DNA of 64,000 nt from Paraspadella gotoi. Lineage: Eukaryota > Animalia > Chaetognatha. Position numbers and translations under genes: made by a program. The stretch lies in contig CM119266.1 of NCBI GenBank assembly GCA_051294375.1, forward strand, positions 7,898,606 to 7,962,605, given 5' to 3'. Below, one piece after another: positions 43,057-56,538 of this stretch. A model generated the notes under the pieces. The model ran no database searches. It was not told where the DNA came from and saw only the letters and a program-made list of their open reading frames with translations. Within the stretch, counting starts at the first letter, position 1. The number at the start of each line of letters is the position of its first letter.

Positions 43057-45191
43057 TCAATCACTTTCTCTCCCCGCTCTCCCTTCACTCTTTCCTCTCT
43101 CCCCTCTCCCCCTCTCCTTCCCCCTCCCTCCTCTCCTCCACCCCCTAACGAATCTCCTATAAGCTCTAATTTTGCAAACGAATTCTTTCTTCTCCTCACA
43201 ATTTTCAAATTTCGTCTTCAACTTCGAACCTCTAAATTTCGCTTCGAGACAAATCGATGTTCTTTTGTCTTTTCCGTCGTCGTCGTCGCTATTATCATCG
43301 GCGTTCCTCACCCAAAATCCTTCGACGCTGCGCGCGAATTCGGGTAAGTTCGTGAGATGGCGCCAGTCCTCTTCGTCGGTCGTCGACGTCGTCGTCGTCG
43401 TCGTCGCGTTCGTCTCCCGCGCAAGCAGCAGATCTCCGCCGACGGCTCTGCACATTCCGCGAGCGAATCCGCCGCCGCCGCGGCGCCGCACTAAGGCGTA
43501 GCGAGCGCGGGAGGGAAAGGGCGGCAGCCAAGAGGTGGCGCTGCGCGGGAGGCAGGCGCCGGCGCCGCCGAGCAGCGCGCAGGTGAGGGTAGAGTGGAGG
43601 AGACGCTGATCGGCTGAGGCGGATGTAAGGGCTGGATAAGTGGGTGGGGGTCGGGAAGGGTGGGGAGGAAAGTTGGGGTAAGGAAGGGGGTTGGGAAAGA
43701 ATTAGAAAAAGAAGAAAAGGAGACGGTGGAGAAATACTTTCCCCAAGATCAAGACAACTCGTTTTGCCATTTGATTTCCTCTTGTTTTCTTTTTAATTTC
43801 CTTGTTTTCTTTCGTTTTGCCTTTTGTTTTCATGTTGTTTTCTTTTTAATTTCCTTGTTTTTTTTCTTTTTTCTTTCCCTTTTCTTCTTCTTCCTTCATT
43901 ATCCTTTTTCTTTCGTTTACCTTTAATTACGTCTTTCCTCTTTTTTTTCTTTTCTTCTCCATTTTGTTTTTTGTTTTCTTTCCATTAATCGATTTTTTCC
44001 TCGGGCTTTTGTTTTTAAATTCCCCATTTTTTTACATCGATCTCCATTTTTTTTAAATTGGTTTGTTTATATCCACTTTAATTTTTCTTTCTTTTAATTT
44101 TTTGTTATCATAATTTTTACATATTTTTTCAACGGGAGACCAACGCATCGTTTTTTATTTTTTTTCTTCTCTTTTTCTTTTCTATCATTAATTCTACAGT
44201 CTGTCTTTTTCTTTTCTTTTTGTCTTCTCTTAACCCCTTTCCTTTTCTTTTCTTTTTCCTTTTACTTTCCTCTTCTTTCTTTTTTTTCAGTTTTATTCCT
44301 CTTATCTTCTTCTCTCCTTTCCTTACCTCCTCCCCAACCGAGCACGTTCGCCGAATTTTCTTCCTTTTTTTCCTTTTTTTCCCTTTTTTTCCTTTCCTCC
44401 CCAAAGTTCAAGAAATCATGAGAAGGACAAACGCGAGAGAGCGATCGAGTGGAGGTCGAAGAGAGCAAGGTCTGACAAGCAATTTCGAGGTAGCAGGTGG
44501 TGGAAGCAAAACCAAGCATCGAGCAAGTTGAGAAAAAAAAAATTCGACAAGCCATGATAAGTTAATACGTTTAGGGGTGTATGCTATTGAGTTTATCTAT
44601 AAATTCTATATGTCTAAAAAAGGAATGTTTATCCAATTGCTTTATTCAAAAGATTCTCAATGAACAAAAAAAGACATTACTGTCAAAAGAAACGCAATAG
44701 TTTTATCTTTACATAATTCTAATTGCAGATTAGTTTATTGAACGACCGAGCAACCAAGCGATCAAGCGACCAAACAACCAAGCGACCAAGCAATCAAGCG
44801 ACCAAGCAGCCAAGGGATCAAGCGACCAAGCAGCCAAGCGACCAAGTAGCCTAGCGATCAAGCGATCAAGCTACCAAGCAGCCAGCAATAAAGCGATCAA
44901 GCAACCAAGCGAACAAGCCATCAAATAGCCAAGCGATGAAGCGACCAAGCGAGCGAACTCGAGCGACAATCCTCGTTTCTTTCGCCCAATTTCTTTTTTC
45001 TCTCGAATCCTCGCATCCATATAATTTTTCATTCTTCTTCCCTTCATTTTCTGTCTCTCTAATCTTTCTTTCTGTCTTTTTAATCTTTCTTTCTGTCTTT
45101 CTATTCTCAGTATCTCCTGTCCTTACCTTCAGCTGTCTTCACCCTATTCAACACTATCCTTAACTTAATTCTTTGTTGGACGCTCTCTCTA

Positions 45192-45230
<39 letters not shown>

Positions 45231-48200
45231 CTCTCAATCTCTCTCTCTCTCTTCATCATAATGTTTGGCAAAATTTTGATAAATTCACACTGCGCTGAAG
45301 AAGACTCGGAAAAAAAAGACGAAACTTGTCCGTTTCAAAAATAAAACTCGTTGTTTGTAAACAAAAATAAACTTTGTTTTCTCTCTCTATATATTTTTTT
45401 CTTTCCCGCAAACCTTACCTTCTGTCTTCTTCCTATCTTCTGACTTCTTTCTATCCCGCAGACCTTACCCTCTTCCTCACCTTCTATCCTCTCCCTCTGT
45501 CTTCGAGCGATTCTCTTCAAATCGAGAATTTCTTCCACGATTTCTTTGGCGGCGGCGGCGGCGGCGGCTGCGGCAGCGGCGGATGCAGCGTCTTCATCGG
45601 TAGATGAAGCGGCGTCGGCGACGTCGGCACCGGAAGTGGGAATGGCGGTGAAGGCGGCGCCTGGAGATCAAAGAATGAAAAAAATAAAGAGAAAAAAGAG
45701 AAAATAGAATTTGATGAAGAAGCGATGTGTGGCCTGACTTGGTGTGCAGTGGAGAGGAGTGGTGTGGCGTCTAATGGTTACTGGTTAGTGCCAGGTAGGT
45801 ATCTAATTGCATAGTTCGTTACAGTTGCTGGGTGTTAGGAGACTTATTGCTTCGTTGTGCCATCAGGAGTTATATCCGATTTTTGTAGTAGTTAATTAAA
45901 TTTTCCAAAATCATCAGTATCGTCATTTTAAGTCGCCCAAAGCATAAAAAGGTTTTTTTCACAGTGAATTTTAATTACTACTTCCATCAACCGGCAGCTG
46001 TGATTTTTACTTTTAAATTTAATTTTCTTTTCTTTTCAAAAATTAAAAGAAAATATTTTGTTTCGAGATTTTTAATGAAATACAAGTGAAACCCAACAAT
46101 TTCTTTTTCTCGATTTACGGAGATTTCTAGGAAATTGGTTTCACCCTGTGAATATAATTTAGTTTGTTCGTTTTGGTGAAATGGTCTCCTAGCAAATAGT
46201 ATGAATGTGATGCCTGGAGTGTGTGGCATCTCCCGACAGTTGGCGTTCACCGATTTGGACCTGCTGTGACCACCGCGTGTCACTGGCGTGATTATCTCAA
46301 GACCAGCGTGACGGTGAGGGAATTGAACACAGAACTCACGGTTGGTGTACTTAGCTGTCCAAGCCAATGGGACGATCTGAGTTTCATCAAGCTATACGGG
46401 AGGCAAATTTAGGATTCGCTAAAATAGCTTATTTATAGAATAATTTTCATAATAGATAATTTTCAAGATAATTTTCATACTGGGAAAACAAATTTTGTAA
46501 CCACGAGGCTTAAATAAACTTTTTTCAATTTTTAAATTTTAAGGAAAATTTTTTTTTTATCGATTACTTTAAAAAAGGTTTTTTCGACGCCATCGAGACT
46601 CAAAGGCTGAGATGGAAATTTGCTGCAGAAGACTAATGAATTTATGTTGCGCGGAAAGTAGAGAGAGGGCAATTAAATGGAAATAGTGAGATAGAGACGA
46701 GGATAGAAAGAGGAAGATAGAAAGAGAGGGGGAATTAAATGGAAATAGTGAGATAGATACGAGGATAGAAAGAGGAGGATAGAAAGAGAGGGGGAATTAA
46801 TTGGAAATAGTGAGATAGAGACGAGGATAGAAAGAGGAGGATGGAAAGAGAAGGGGAATTAAATGGAAACGGTGGGAGAGAGTCGAGGATAGAAACAGGA
46901 AGATAGAAAGAGAGAGAGAATTAAATGGAAATAAGGATAGAAAAACTAGGATGGATAGAGGAAGGAAGATCTAGGTAGAGAGATTGACAGAACGATAATG
47001 AAAAATGAAAAGGTAAAGATTGTTAAACGTCAAATTTTAGGAAGTAAAAAAAAAACCAAAAAAATGAAACTAAACGAATTAAACAAATTGAACAATTTTA
47101 AAAAATCTTTAAAAAAAAGAGAATGAAAAATAATTATACCTGATATCAAAGACGAAAAGCTGAAAGAGAAATATTTTTAAAAAAGTAATCGAATCCAAGA
47201 AAATAGAAAAGAAAAAGAAAAACATGATATAAAATGAGGAAGAAAAATCAAAAAGTTATGGTCATTAATTGACAGACTGACTGACGGACTGACTGACTGA
47301 AAGATTGACTGACTCTGGTCGTCGTAAATAGTGGAGCGACTTGTGCGGTTCGACATCGAGGAGGAGATTGTGTCATGCCCAGTGGAGGAGACGACGACGA
47401 CGACGGACGGAGACGACGACGACGACGACAATGACTTAGACGTAATTTTCGACATCGAGGAGGAGATTGTGTCATGCCCAGTGGAGGAGAAGACGACGAC
47501 GACGACGGAAGACGACGACGACGACGACAATGACTTAGACGTATTTTCGACATCGAGGAGGAGATTGTGTCATGCCCAGTGGACGCGAGACGACGACGAC
47601 GACGACGGAGACGACGACGACGACGACAATGACTTAGACGTAATTTTCGACATCGAGGAGGAGATTGTGTCATGCCCAGTGGAGGAGACGACGACGACGA
47701 CGACGGAGACGACGACGACGACGACAATGACTTAGACGTAATTTTCGACATCGAGGAGGAGATTGTGTCATGCCCAGTGGAGGAGAAGACGACGACGACG
47801 ACGGAGACGACGACGACGACGACGGAGACGACGACGACGACGACAATGACTTAGACGTAATTTTCGACATCGAGGAGGAGATTGTGTCATGCCCAGTGGA
47901 GGAGAAGACGACGACGACGACGGAGACGACGACGACGACGGAGACGACGACGACGACGACGACGGAGACGAGACGACGACGACATGACTTAGACGTAATT
48001 TTCGACATCGAGGAGGAGATTGTGTCATGCCCCGTGGAGGAGACGACGACGACGACGACGGAGACGACGACGACGACGACGGAGACGACGACGACGACGA
48101 CATGACTTAGACGTATTTTCGACATCGAGGAGGAGATTGTGTCATGCCCGTGGAGGAGAAGACGACGACGACGACGAGACGACGACGACGACGACAATGA

Positions 48201-48937
48201 CTTAGACGTAATTTTCGACATCGAGGAGGAGATTGTGTCATGCCCCGTGAGGAGAGAGACGACGACGACGACGGAGACGACGACGACGACGACAATGACT
48301 AGACGTAATTTTCGACATCGAGGAGGAGATTGTGTCATGCCCCGTGGCGGAGAAGACGACGACGACGACGGAGACGACGACGACGACGACAATGACTTAG
48401 ACGTAATTTCGATCGAGGAGGAGATTGTGTCAGTCCCGTGGAGGAGACGACGACGACGACGGAGACGACGACGACGACGACGGAGACGACGACGACGACG
48501 ACAATGACTTAGACGTAATTTTCGACATCGAGGAGGAGATTGTGTCATGCCCCGTGAGGAGAAGACGACGACGACGACGGAGACGAACGACGACGACGAC
48601 GGAGACAGACGACGACGACGACAATGACTTAGACGTAATTTTCGACATCGAGGAGGAGATTGTGTCATGCCCCGTGGAGGAGACGACGACGACGACGACG
48701 GACGACGACGACGACGACGGAGACGACGACGACGACGACAATACTTAGACGTAATTTTCGACATCGAGGAGGAGATTGTGTCATGCCCCGTGGAGGAGAC
48801 GACGACGACGACGACGGAGACGAGAGACGACGACGACAGACGACGACGACGACGACGGAGACGACGACGACGACGACAATGACTTAGACGTAATTTTCGA
48901 CATCGAGGAGGAGATTGTGTCATGCCCGTGAGGAGAA

Positions 48938-48969
<32 letters not shown>

Positions 48970-50709
48970 ACGGACGACGACGACGACGACAATGACTTAG
49001 ACGTAATTTTCGACATCGGAGGAGATTGTGTCATGCCCCGTGAGGAGAGACGAACGACGACGACGGAGACGACGACGACGACGACGACGGAGACGACGAC
49101 GACGACGACAAATGACTTAGACGTAATTTTCGACATCGAGGAGGAGATTGTGTCATGCCCCGTAGAGGAGAAGACGACGACGACGACGGAGACGACGACG
49201 ACGACGACGACGGAGACGACGACGACGACGACAATGACTTAGACGTAATTTTCGACATCGAGGAGGAGATTGTGTCATGCCCCGTGAGGAGAAGACGACG
49301 ACGACGACGGAGAGACGACGACGACGACGGAGACGACGACGACGACGACAATGACTTAGACGTAATTTTCGACATCGAGGAGGAGATTGTGTCATGCCCG
49401 TGAGGAGAAAGACGACGACGACGGAGACGACGACGACGACGACGGGAGCGACGACGACGACGACAATGACTTAGACGTAATTTCGTGACACCTCGGCGAG
49501 ACAATGATAACGAAAGTTGAGATGAAACGACGGGAGACGACGACGACGACGACAATGACTTAGACGTAATTTCGACATCGAGGAGGAGATTGTGTCATGC
49601 CCCGTGGAGGAGACGACGACGACGACGACGGAGACGACGACGACGACGACAATGACTTAGACGTAATTTTCGACATCGAGGAGGAGATTGTGTCATGCCC
49701 CGTGGAGGACGACGACGACGACGACGGAGACGACGACGACGACGACGGAGACGACGACGACGACGACAATGACTTAGACGTAATTTTCATGACACCGGCG
49801 AGAAATGATAACGAAAAGTTTGATGACCGTGACGACGGAGACGACGAGCGACGACGACAATGACTTAGACGTAATTTTTCGATGCACGGCGCCAGATGAG
49901 ACGAAAGGAGACGAGACGACGGAGACGACGACGACGACGACAATGACTTAGACGTAATTGTTCATGACACTCGGCGAGAATGATAACGAAAGGAGACGAG
50001 ACGACGGAGACGACGACGACGACGACAATGACTTAGACGTAATTTTCGATGACACCGTGGAGACAAGAACGAAAGAGACGAGACGACGGAGACGACGACG
50101 ACGACGACAATGACTTAGACGTAATTTTCGATGACACCGGCGAGGACAATGATAACGAAAAGTTTGATGACGATGACGACAATGACGAAGACAATCGTCA
50201 CATTTTCATTAAGTAGGATAAACATGACATGAAGATATGAATGTAAAAAACAATGGTGAGTTTCAAAATTGAAATTTACGTCTCAAGTATGACAACCACA
50301 TTGACAAAATGTTTGTCGCCAATGTGACAAATTTGACATGATGATAATTTGATAATGATGTTAATGATATTCGTTACGATGACAACGATAAAGACAAAGA
50401 ATAAATAAACGATGATAACAACGACGAGGACGACGACGAAGACAACGACGACGAAGAAGACAACGACGAAGACAACGACGTCGACGGAGACAACGACGAC
50501 TACAACGAAGACAACGACGACGGAGACAACGACGACGACAACGACGACGAAGACAACGACGTCGACGGAGACAACGACGACGACAACGACGACGAAGACA
50601 ACGACGAATACAACGACGACGACGAAGACACGACGTCGACGGAGACAACGACGACGACAACGACGACGAAAACAACGACGAATACAACGACGTCGACGAA
50701 GACAACGAC

Positions 50710-50741
<32 letters not shown>

Positions 50742-51038
50742 CGGGGCCTCCCGCATCGTCATTCCCCAGGGCGTCGTCGAAATTACCGTGACGCGAAGAA
50801 ACGAGAAGCTGAGAAAAGACTTCGTCCTTCGCCAGGCGGTCGTCCTTGTTGTTGTCGTCGTCGCTGTTGTTGTTGTTGTATCTCGTTCGGTTGAGGAGGC
50901 GGATGTAAGAGAAAACGTCGAGTGATGAGGAGGAGGAGGAGGAGGAGGAGGAGGAGGTCGTCGCTTCTTGTCTTCGCCACCGTGAAACATCTGACAAAAT
51001 TTGACAAAGAAATGACAACTGCGTGGGATGGGATGTCA

Positions 51039-51076
<38 letters not shown>

Positions 51077-52427
51077 ATTCAATTATTCCAGCACGTCTCT
51101 TGTTGTTATTATAATCAAAAGAAGAAAAAACAACGTTTACTCTTAATTTAAAAATCATTCAAAGTCGAATTAAATAATTAATTCACCAAAAAAATGAAAT
51201 TAAGCTAGATTTAGAGCTCAAAATATAAATAAATTTTTATTAACTTGATATATTTTTTTAAAATTTTAATCGTTAGAAAACGTTAAAATAATCTCATCCT
51301 TTCAAGAATACTAACAACAATAATAACTAAGTTATTAATCAAAAGTCATAAGAGGATAAGAGGATATTATTAGTCCAATAAGATAAAGAAAAATGAAAAA
51401 CCCCATAAAAAGAAACCTTACCTCGTTTACGGAACAATTTTAATAGTAAGAAAGTGAGGAAATTACTGAACAACTTTTGAATTATTTTTAATGCTTTTAA
51501 ATTACATTAGTTTTATTTAAACTTAGCAAAGAGTGAACCTCAGCAGTCCACCAGGTTTTTATGATGAATTTTGACTCGTATCAGTTTATACTTTTTATAA
51601 AGAACACTATAAAAGTGAATAAAAGCGAATCAAAGAAAATCAATTTGTTCGGTTGTACTCAGATTAAAAACCATAACCTATCATGAAAAATTCTTAAAGA
51701 ATATCGTTTCTCAATATCTCAAAACCAAACACAATCATGCAAAGTTTAAATGTCCTCCCATTCTCTCTATTACACGCGTAAACTTTAAATACTACAATAT
51801 GCAAATGAGATTAAACGTCTCACCTTTCTGATTAAGCACTACGACGACTACGACGAACAAGCAGAAAGTCGCCGCGATGTTCATAGTCGTCGTCGCTTTG
51901 GCGCAGACGAGATGTCGCTCCGTCCAGCGTCGCCGCGACTCCGCCTTCGCCAGCGTCCGACGCTGCTCCTGCAGCATGCGCCTGTGCTCCTGCCGCAACC
52001 GTCTCTGCTCTAGGCTGAGCCGTCGGATCGTCGGTCGCTCAAGCGCCTCGTCGACGTCGTCTTCTTCTTCTTCGTCTTCGTCGTCGTCATCGTCGTCGTC
52101 GGAACGTCTTCCGCTCTCGTCCTCTCGCAGCTGAGTGGACACATGATTAGACAATTGCTGCTGCGTTCGTTGCCGCTGTAAATCCTGAAGCTGCAGCCGT
52201 TGTTGACAAATCCGCTGCTTCTGCCGTTGTCGACGCGGCGGCGCCGTTTTCGCTCCGTTTTGCTTAACGACAACGCCGGGAAGAAAAGCGGCGCGCTCTG
52301 AGCTCGATTTCGTCGGCGTCGGCGTCGGCGAAGGCGTCGGCGACGGCGACGTAGTTCTGTCGGCGTCGTTTCGGCGCCGGGAATCGAGTTGTCGGCCAAA
52401 TGGACGGATTTGTCGGGCGACGATCAT
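43057..52427 (-). CDS. Type II transmembrane C-type lectin-like domain receptor
   Basis: Exons 52427-51824 (cytoplasmic region + TM NIAATFCLFVVVVVVL), 50990-50787, possible 47379-47314, 45660-45481 (coiled neck) and 43631-43057, all joined by phase-1 introns. The last exon has the CTLD pattern ARGMCRAVGGDL...E...FWV...C...CEEKKEFVCK. Confidence 0.75.
44740..44955. repeat. 8-bp minisatellite (caagcgac/t)
   Basis: ~25 degenerate units. Confidence 0.85.
46671..46940. repeat. ~62-bp tandem repeat x4
   Basis: aattaaatggaaatagtgagatagagacgaggatagaaagagg... repeated. Confidence 0.85.
47349..50140. repeat. 2.8-kb tandem array (~98-bp core unit with variable (GAC)n) inside the lectin gene
   Basis: Roughly 25-30 units of ttcgacatcgaggaggagattgtgtcatgccc(a/c)gtggaggaga(gac)n..aatgacttagacgtaatt. 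The unit at 47641-47738 is 98 bp. Confidence 0.95.
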
Positions 52428-54597
52428 TGTTTACTTTTTTTTTATCGTTTAAGTGGATTTTAATGTAATTATATTTATTTTTAATTTTGACATCTTTATC
52501 CGTTTTCGGAATTATTAAATTTCTAAACAAAATTATTTCATCTTTAACTTATCATGTATTACGTCTTTTTACCTTGAATGTTTATATTTTTTTTTCTTTG
52601 TTTATATCGGATTTTTCGTTTTGTTTACGTTCGGTTTTTCGACGATGTGGCGTCGCTAAGCAACGATGCGAGTCAATTTTTTCGTTGAGTTCATTGTTTG
52701 TTTGTTTTTACCTGAGGCAGTTTTAGTATTTTTGGCTGAGGAGAGGGAGAAGAAAAATAACATAAAAAAGGGAGAACAATCATCTTGATTTTAACGACAG
52801 AGGGAGTAAACAAAAAGGAAAATAAAAGGGAAAACAAAAGGCGGAATGAGGAGGAAAAGTGGAAGAGAAAACAGAAGACAAAACAGAATAGAAAACAAAA
52901 GGAAAAATAGAACTAACAACAAAAAAATTAATAATGAGAAACTTGAACAAATTACATACATAGGAGAACTAGAAACTATGGGACGAAACTAGGTAGAATG
53001 TTAATTTATTTATTAAATACATATTAATTAATTTTATATTATAATGATTAAAAACACCTAGGGCTCTAAAATTATATACGTATGAATATCGTTCAAGTGA
53101 TCTGAGCTTATTTGTAAATATAAACGGTATATAATAAACCATTATTTTTATTTTTTATAATATTCTTTAAGAAATACAATATTCTAAATAAGACGGTGGA
53201 CCCAAAATTACATACGTAAAGAAAAAAAGAATTTCTATTAATTTTGAGTTGATATTATTTATTTTCTTCTCGACGCAAGAAAAAGAAAATATATTTTTTC
53301 CTTTTTTCTATGAGAAAAAAGTCATTAAAGACGATTTCCGCTTATTCGTTTTTTTTTTTCTGACAATAATTTTTATAGAGACAGAGACGTTTTATGGAGA
53401 CGGAGTCAGGAGTAAAGAGAAGATGTTAATAAAAAGCCTCGATCTAACACTCTTCCATAAAACCCTCATTACGAGGGATAAAAATCGAATTAAAACACTT
53501 TTTCGTATGTAAAGGATTTTGTCCTGGTTTTAACACCTCGAAAAATAAACGGTGTAATGCAATTTATGAATAAATGAATTAATCTATTAATGAATGAATG
53601 GTTAAAACGAAAAATAAATTTTGGAATCTTGAATGTCTGTTTGACTGAATGAACGAATGAATGAATGAATGAATGAATGAATGAATTTATGTTTTCTGTT
53701 ATGCAACTAAAAAAATTGTGTGTAATGTCAAATACTAAAAGTATATAAAAATGTTTGTATCTATAAGCTAATATTTCTGATTTAATAAAATTGAAAAAAA
53801 AAAACCATTACATCGAATGAGAGATTAACTTTAATTGGGCAGAATACCAACGCAGAGAAGATAAACAGACAAAATTTAAAGAATTCTGTCAATCAATCAA
53901 GTTTATGTCTTTCAGACAAACGTAAAAAAAAAAGAAGTTATTGAAATATATTATTGTTTTTAAGAAATTAAACATTTTCGTACAGTTTTTATTTTCTTTC
54001 GTAATTTTTTTTTCAGCTAAAAACAAAAGAATAAAAAATCAAAACACATCATTGGGTAAAATAAGTAAGTGTTCAATATTCGAAAGAGGGTAAGAAATCC
54101 TGTTTTACACACACAGTTTCGCACCCACACACGTAGTGACACGCGCGATGAAAATTCAGGAATTCGAAAATTTGAAAATCTGGCGACTTTATTTTTTGTC
54201 TGCGGTTCGTTAAAAAGGAGACAGTAAAATAAAGATAGAAAGAAGGGGACAGAAAGATAAAGATTGAGAGAAAGAGAGAGGAGAAAACGGTAAAAGGCGA
54301 TTCCGAACATTTACCTGGGATAGCATGTAGGAAAAAGACTTTAAAATAAAATGATAGTCATTGGTCCGGAAAAGGGGAAAAAAAAGAAAGAAAAGGTGAG
54401 AAAGAAAGAAAGACGTTTAAAAAGCTTTGTCTTTTATTATTAAAATAAATTTAAAGAAATTCTGTCCCTCAAATGATTCTTTCAAATTCACAAAAAAAGA
54501 TACATAAAGAGAAACAAATTTTATCATTCGAGTTCGAAAATCAGAATATAGAAAAGCAAAATGATTTTACATGAAATATAAAAACAAAAGTGTGAGT

Positions 54598-54671
<74 letters not shown>

Positions 54672-55862
54672 ATTGAAATTTCGATTTGATACTAAAAATT
54701 AATCATGTTAATTATTAAAGAAAGGGCGGGTCCCAATGTCCCATTCACTATAAGTTGAATCATCAATCTGTTTAAATCTGTATGAAGTTTAATTGATTTC
54801 CCAAGATGAGAAAACAAAGACCCAACAATGTTCAATTGTTCATCCAATTAATTCCGTTACTTTTCACGCTAACGTCGTTAGTAACGCGTCGTTAGCAACG
54901 ACGTCACTCAAAAACTGACAAAACTCGTTAGCGAAAAAAAGTAAAAAAAAAAAAAAGTTCATTAAATGGAGAAATTTACTGTCGCATCCACGAAGGATGA
55001 ATCACGACGGAGAGAAGGGCGGACGGACATACGGACGGATAAACGGGCCGAGGGATGGACTGGAGGACGAATAGGACCACGGATGGATGGATGGATGGAT
55101 GGATTTGACGAACAAAAAGTTTGACGGACGGATTTGAAAGTAAGGTGTTTTCGGGACGATTCAATTAGGGTGAAAAATATTACTACGCCTGGAAGATAAG
55201 CTATTGAATCTTTTTTTTAAATAAACACAAAAAGAAAATTTAATGTTAAAGATAATAAACCAAAATAAATAATAATAGTAAAAATATTCGAAAAGAACCA
55301 AAATTCAAGCATTAGTTTCGTAATTCGTGTCATTTACTCTCTCCCGTCAGAATCGATATGAAAATGAATTAAAGGGATTAAATTCAATTAAAAAAGATTT
55401 ATCTTCGCTTCAATCCAAACTTCCCAAATGTTTATTTAATATTCAAAAACATAAATTAAATTAAATAAACGATCGTAGAAGAGTATATTGGTCTTGCCTG
55501 GGAAAGCCTATAATATAATTCGAATGAGGTGGTTATTTTAATTTTTCCTTGCTTCAACTTGTTCACAAAATTAAAAAAACTTTCATTGTGATTTCATTAC
55601 AATTTACTTTCGAAAAATTTTTATATTTTAAAATTTATCATTATATAGACAAAACAAACTATATGAAGGCAGAACGTCCAATATATATTAATTGTGGCAA
55701 GAAGATGATTTATTTTAAAAATGAAGAAAATACAATAACTTAAAACAGTGATGTGTGTAAAAATGTAACTGAACGTATGAAATTTTAATACCCCAAAAAA
55801 GTGACAAAAAAAGTGGAAGAAAGTTGAAAGAAAAGATAGAAGATGATCCCCACTTAAATAAC

Positions 55863-55904
<42 letters not shown>

Positions 55905-56477
55905 GCTGCCTCTCAGCGTCGTCTCTCTTCGTGGCGCGCGACTGGCGCCCCCGAACTCGCCCGCCTCCGGCGTCTCTCTCCCCTCTCTCTCTCCTCCTCC
56001 TTCTCTCTCTCTCTTCTCCTTCTCTCTCTTCGTCTCCCTTCGCCACGTGAGAGTATCACGAGCTGTCAATTCATGCGACCCGAGAGTCGAGACGCTTCTT
56101 CCACTTCACCGCTTTGACAAATATTTAATCGCAAATACTCTGCGTTTTAAAACATTCGCTTCCCTCTTCACAGAATTAGTACCTGGCCTCCCAAAAAGAA
56201 TTAAGTTTCAGAGAGAAAAAAAACTGTTAACAAGGTATATTTAAAAAAGAAAATAGAGGGGCTAAAAAAACAAGTGTTATTTTTTTTAAAAACTACTTTT
56301 CCGCCAAATTTTTCACATTTTTTGCTCATAATAAGGATTTTTACCTTTTGGGCTGGATATTTTTGGTGTTTATTCTGGAAAAAACTGTGGATTTAGTCGT
56401 TGTTGTTGTTATCTTAGTAAATTAACCGATGTCAAATGAAGGTCACGGAAAAACAAGGAGAGAGAAATCGGAAAAAA

Positions 56478-56538
<61 letters not shown>

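Noticed and set aside
44262-44555. Possible extra lectin exon (…RVCPSHDFLNFG…)
   Set aside because: Its acceptor is phase 0, incompatible with the flanking phase-1 exons, which join cleanly without it.
47331-49943. Long ORFs (up to 488 aa) and a CRISPR-like repeat/spacer look in the array
   Set aside because: The ORFs arise from (GAC)n low complexity and shift frame between units. The 'spacers' are microsatellite length variants, and there are no cas genes in this eukaryotic context.
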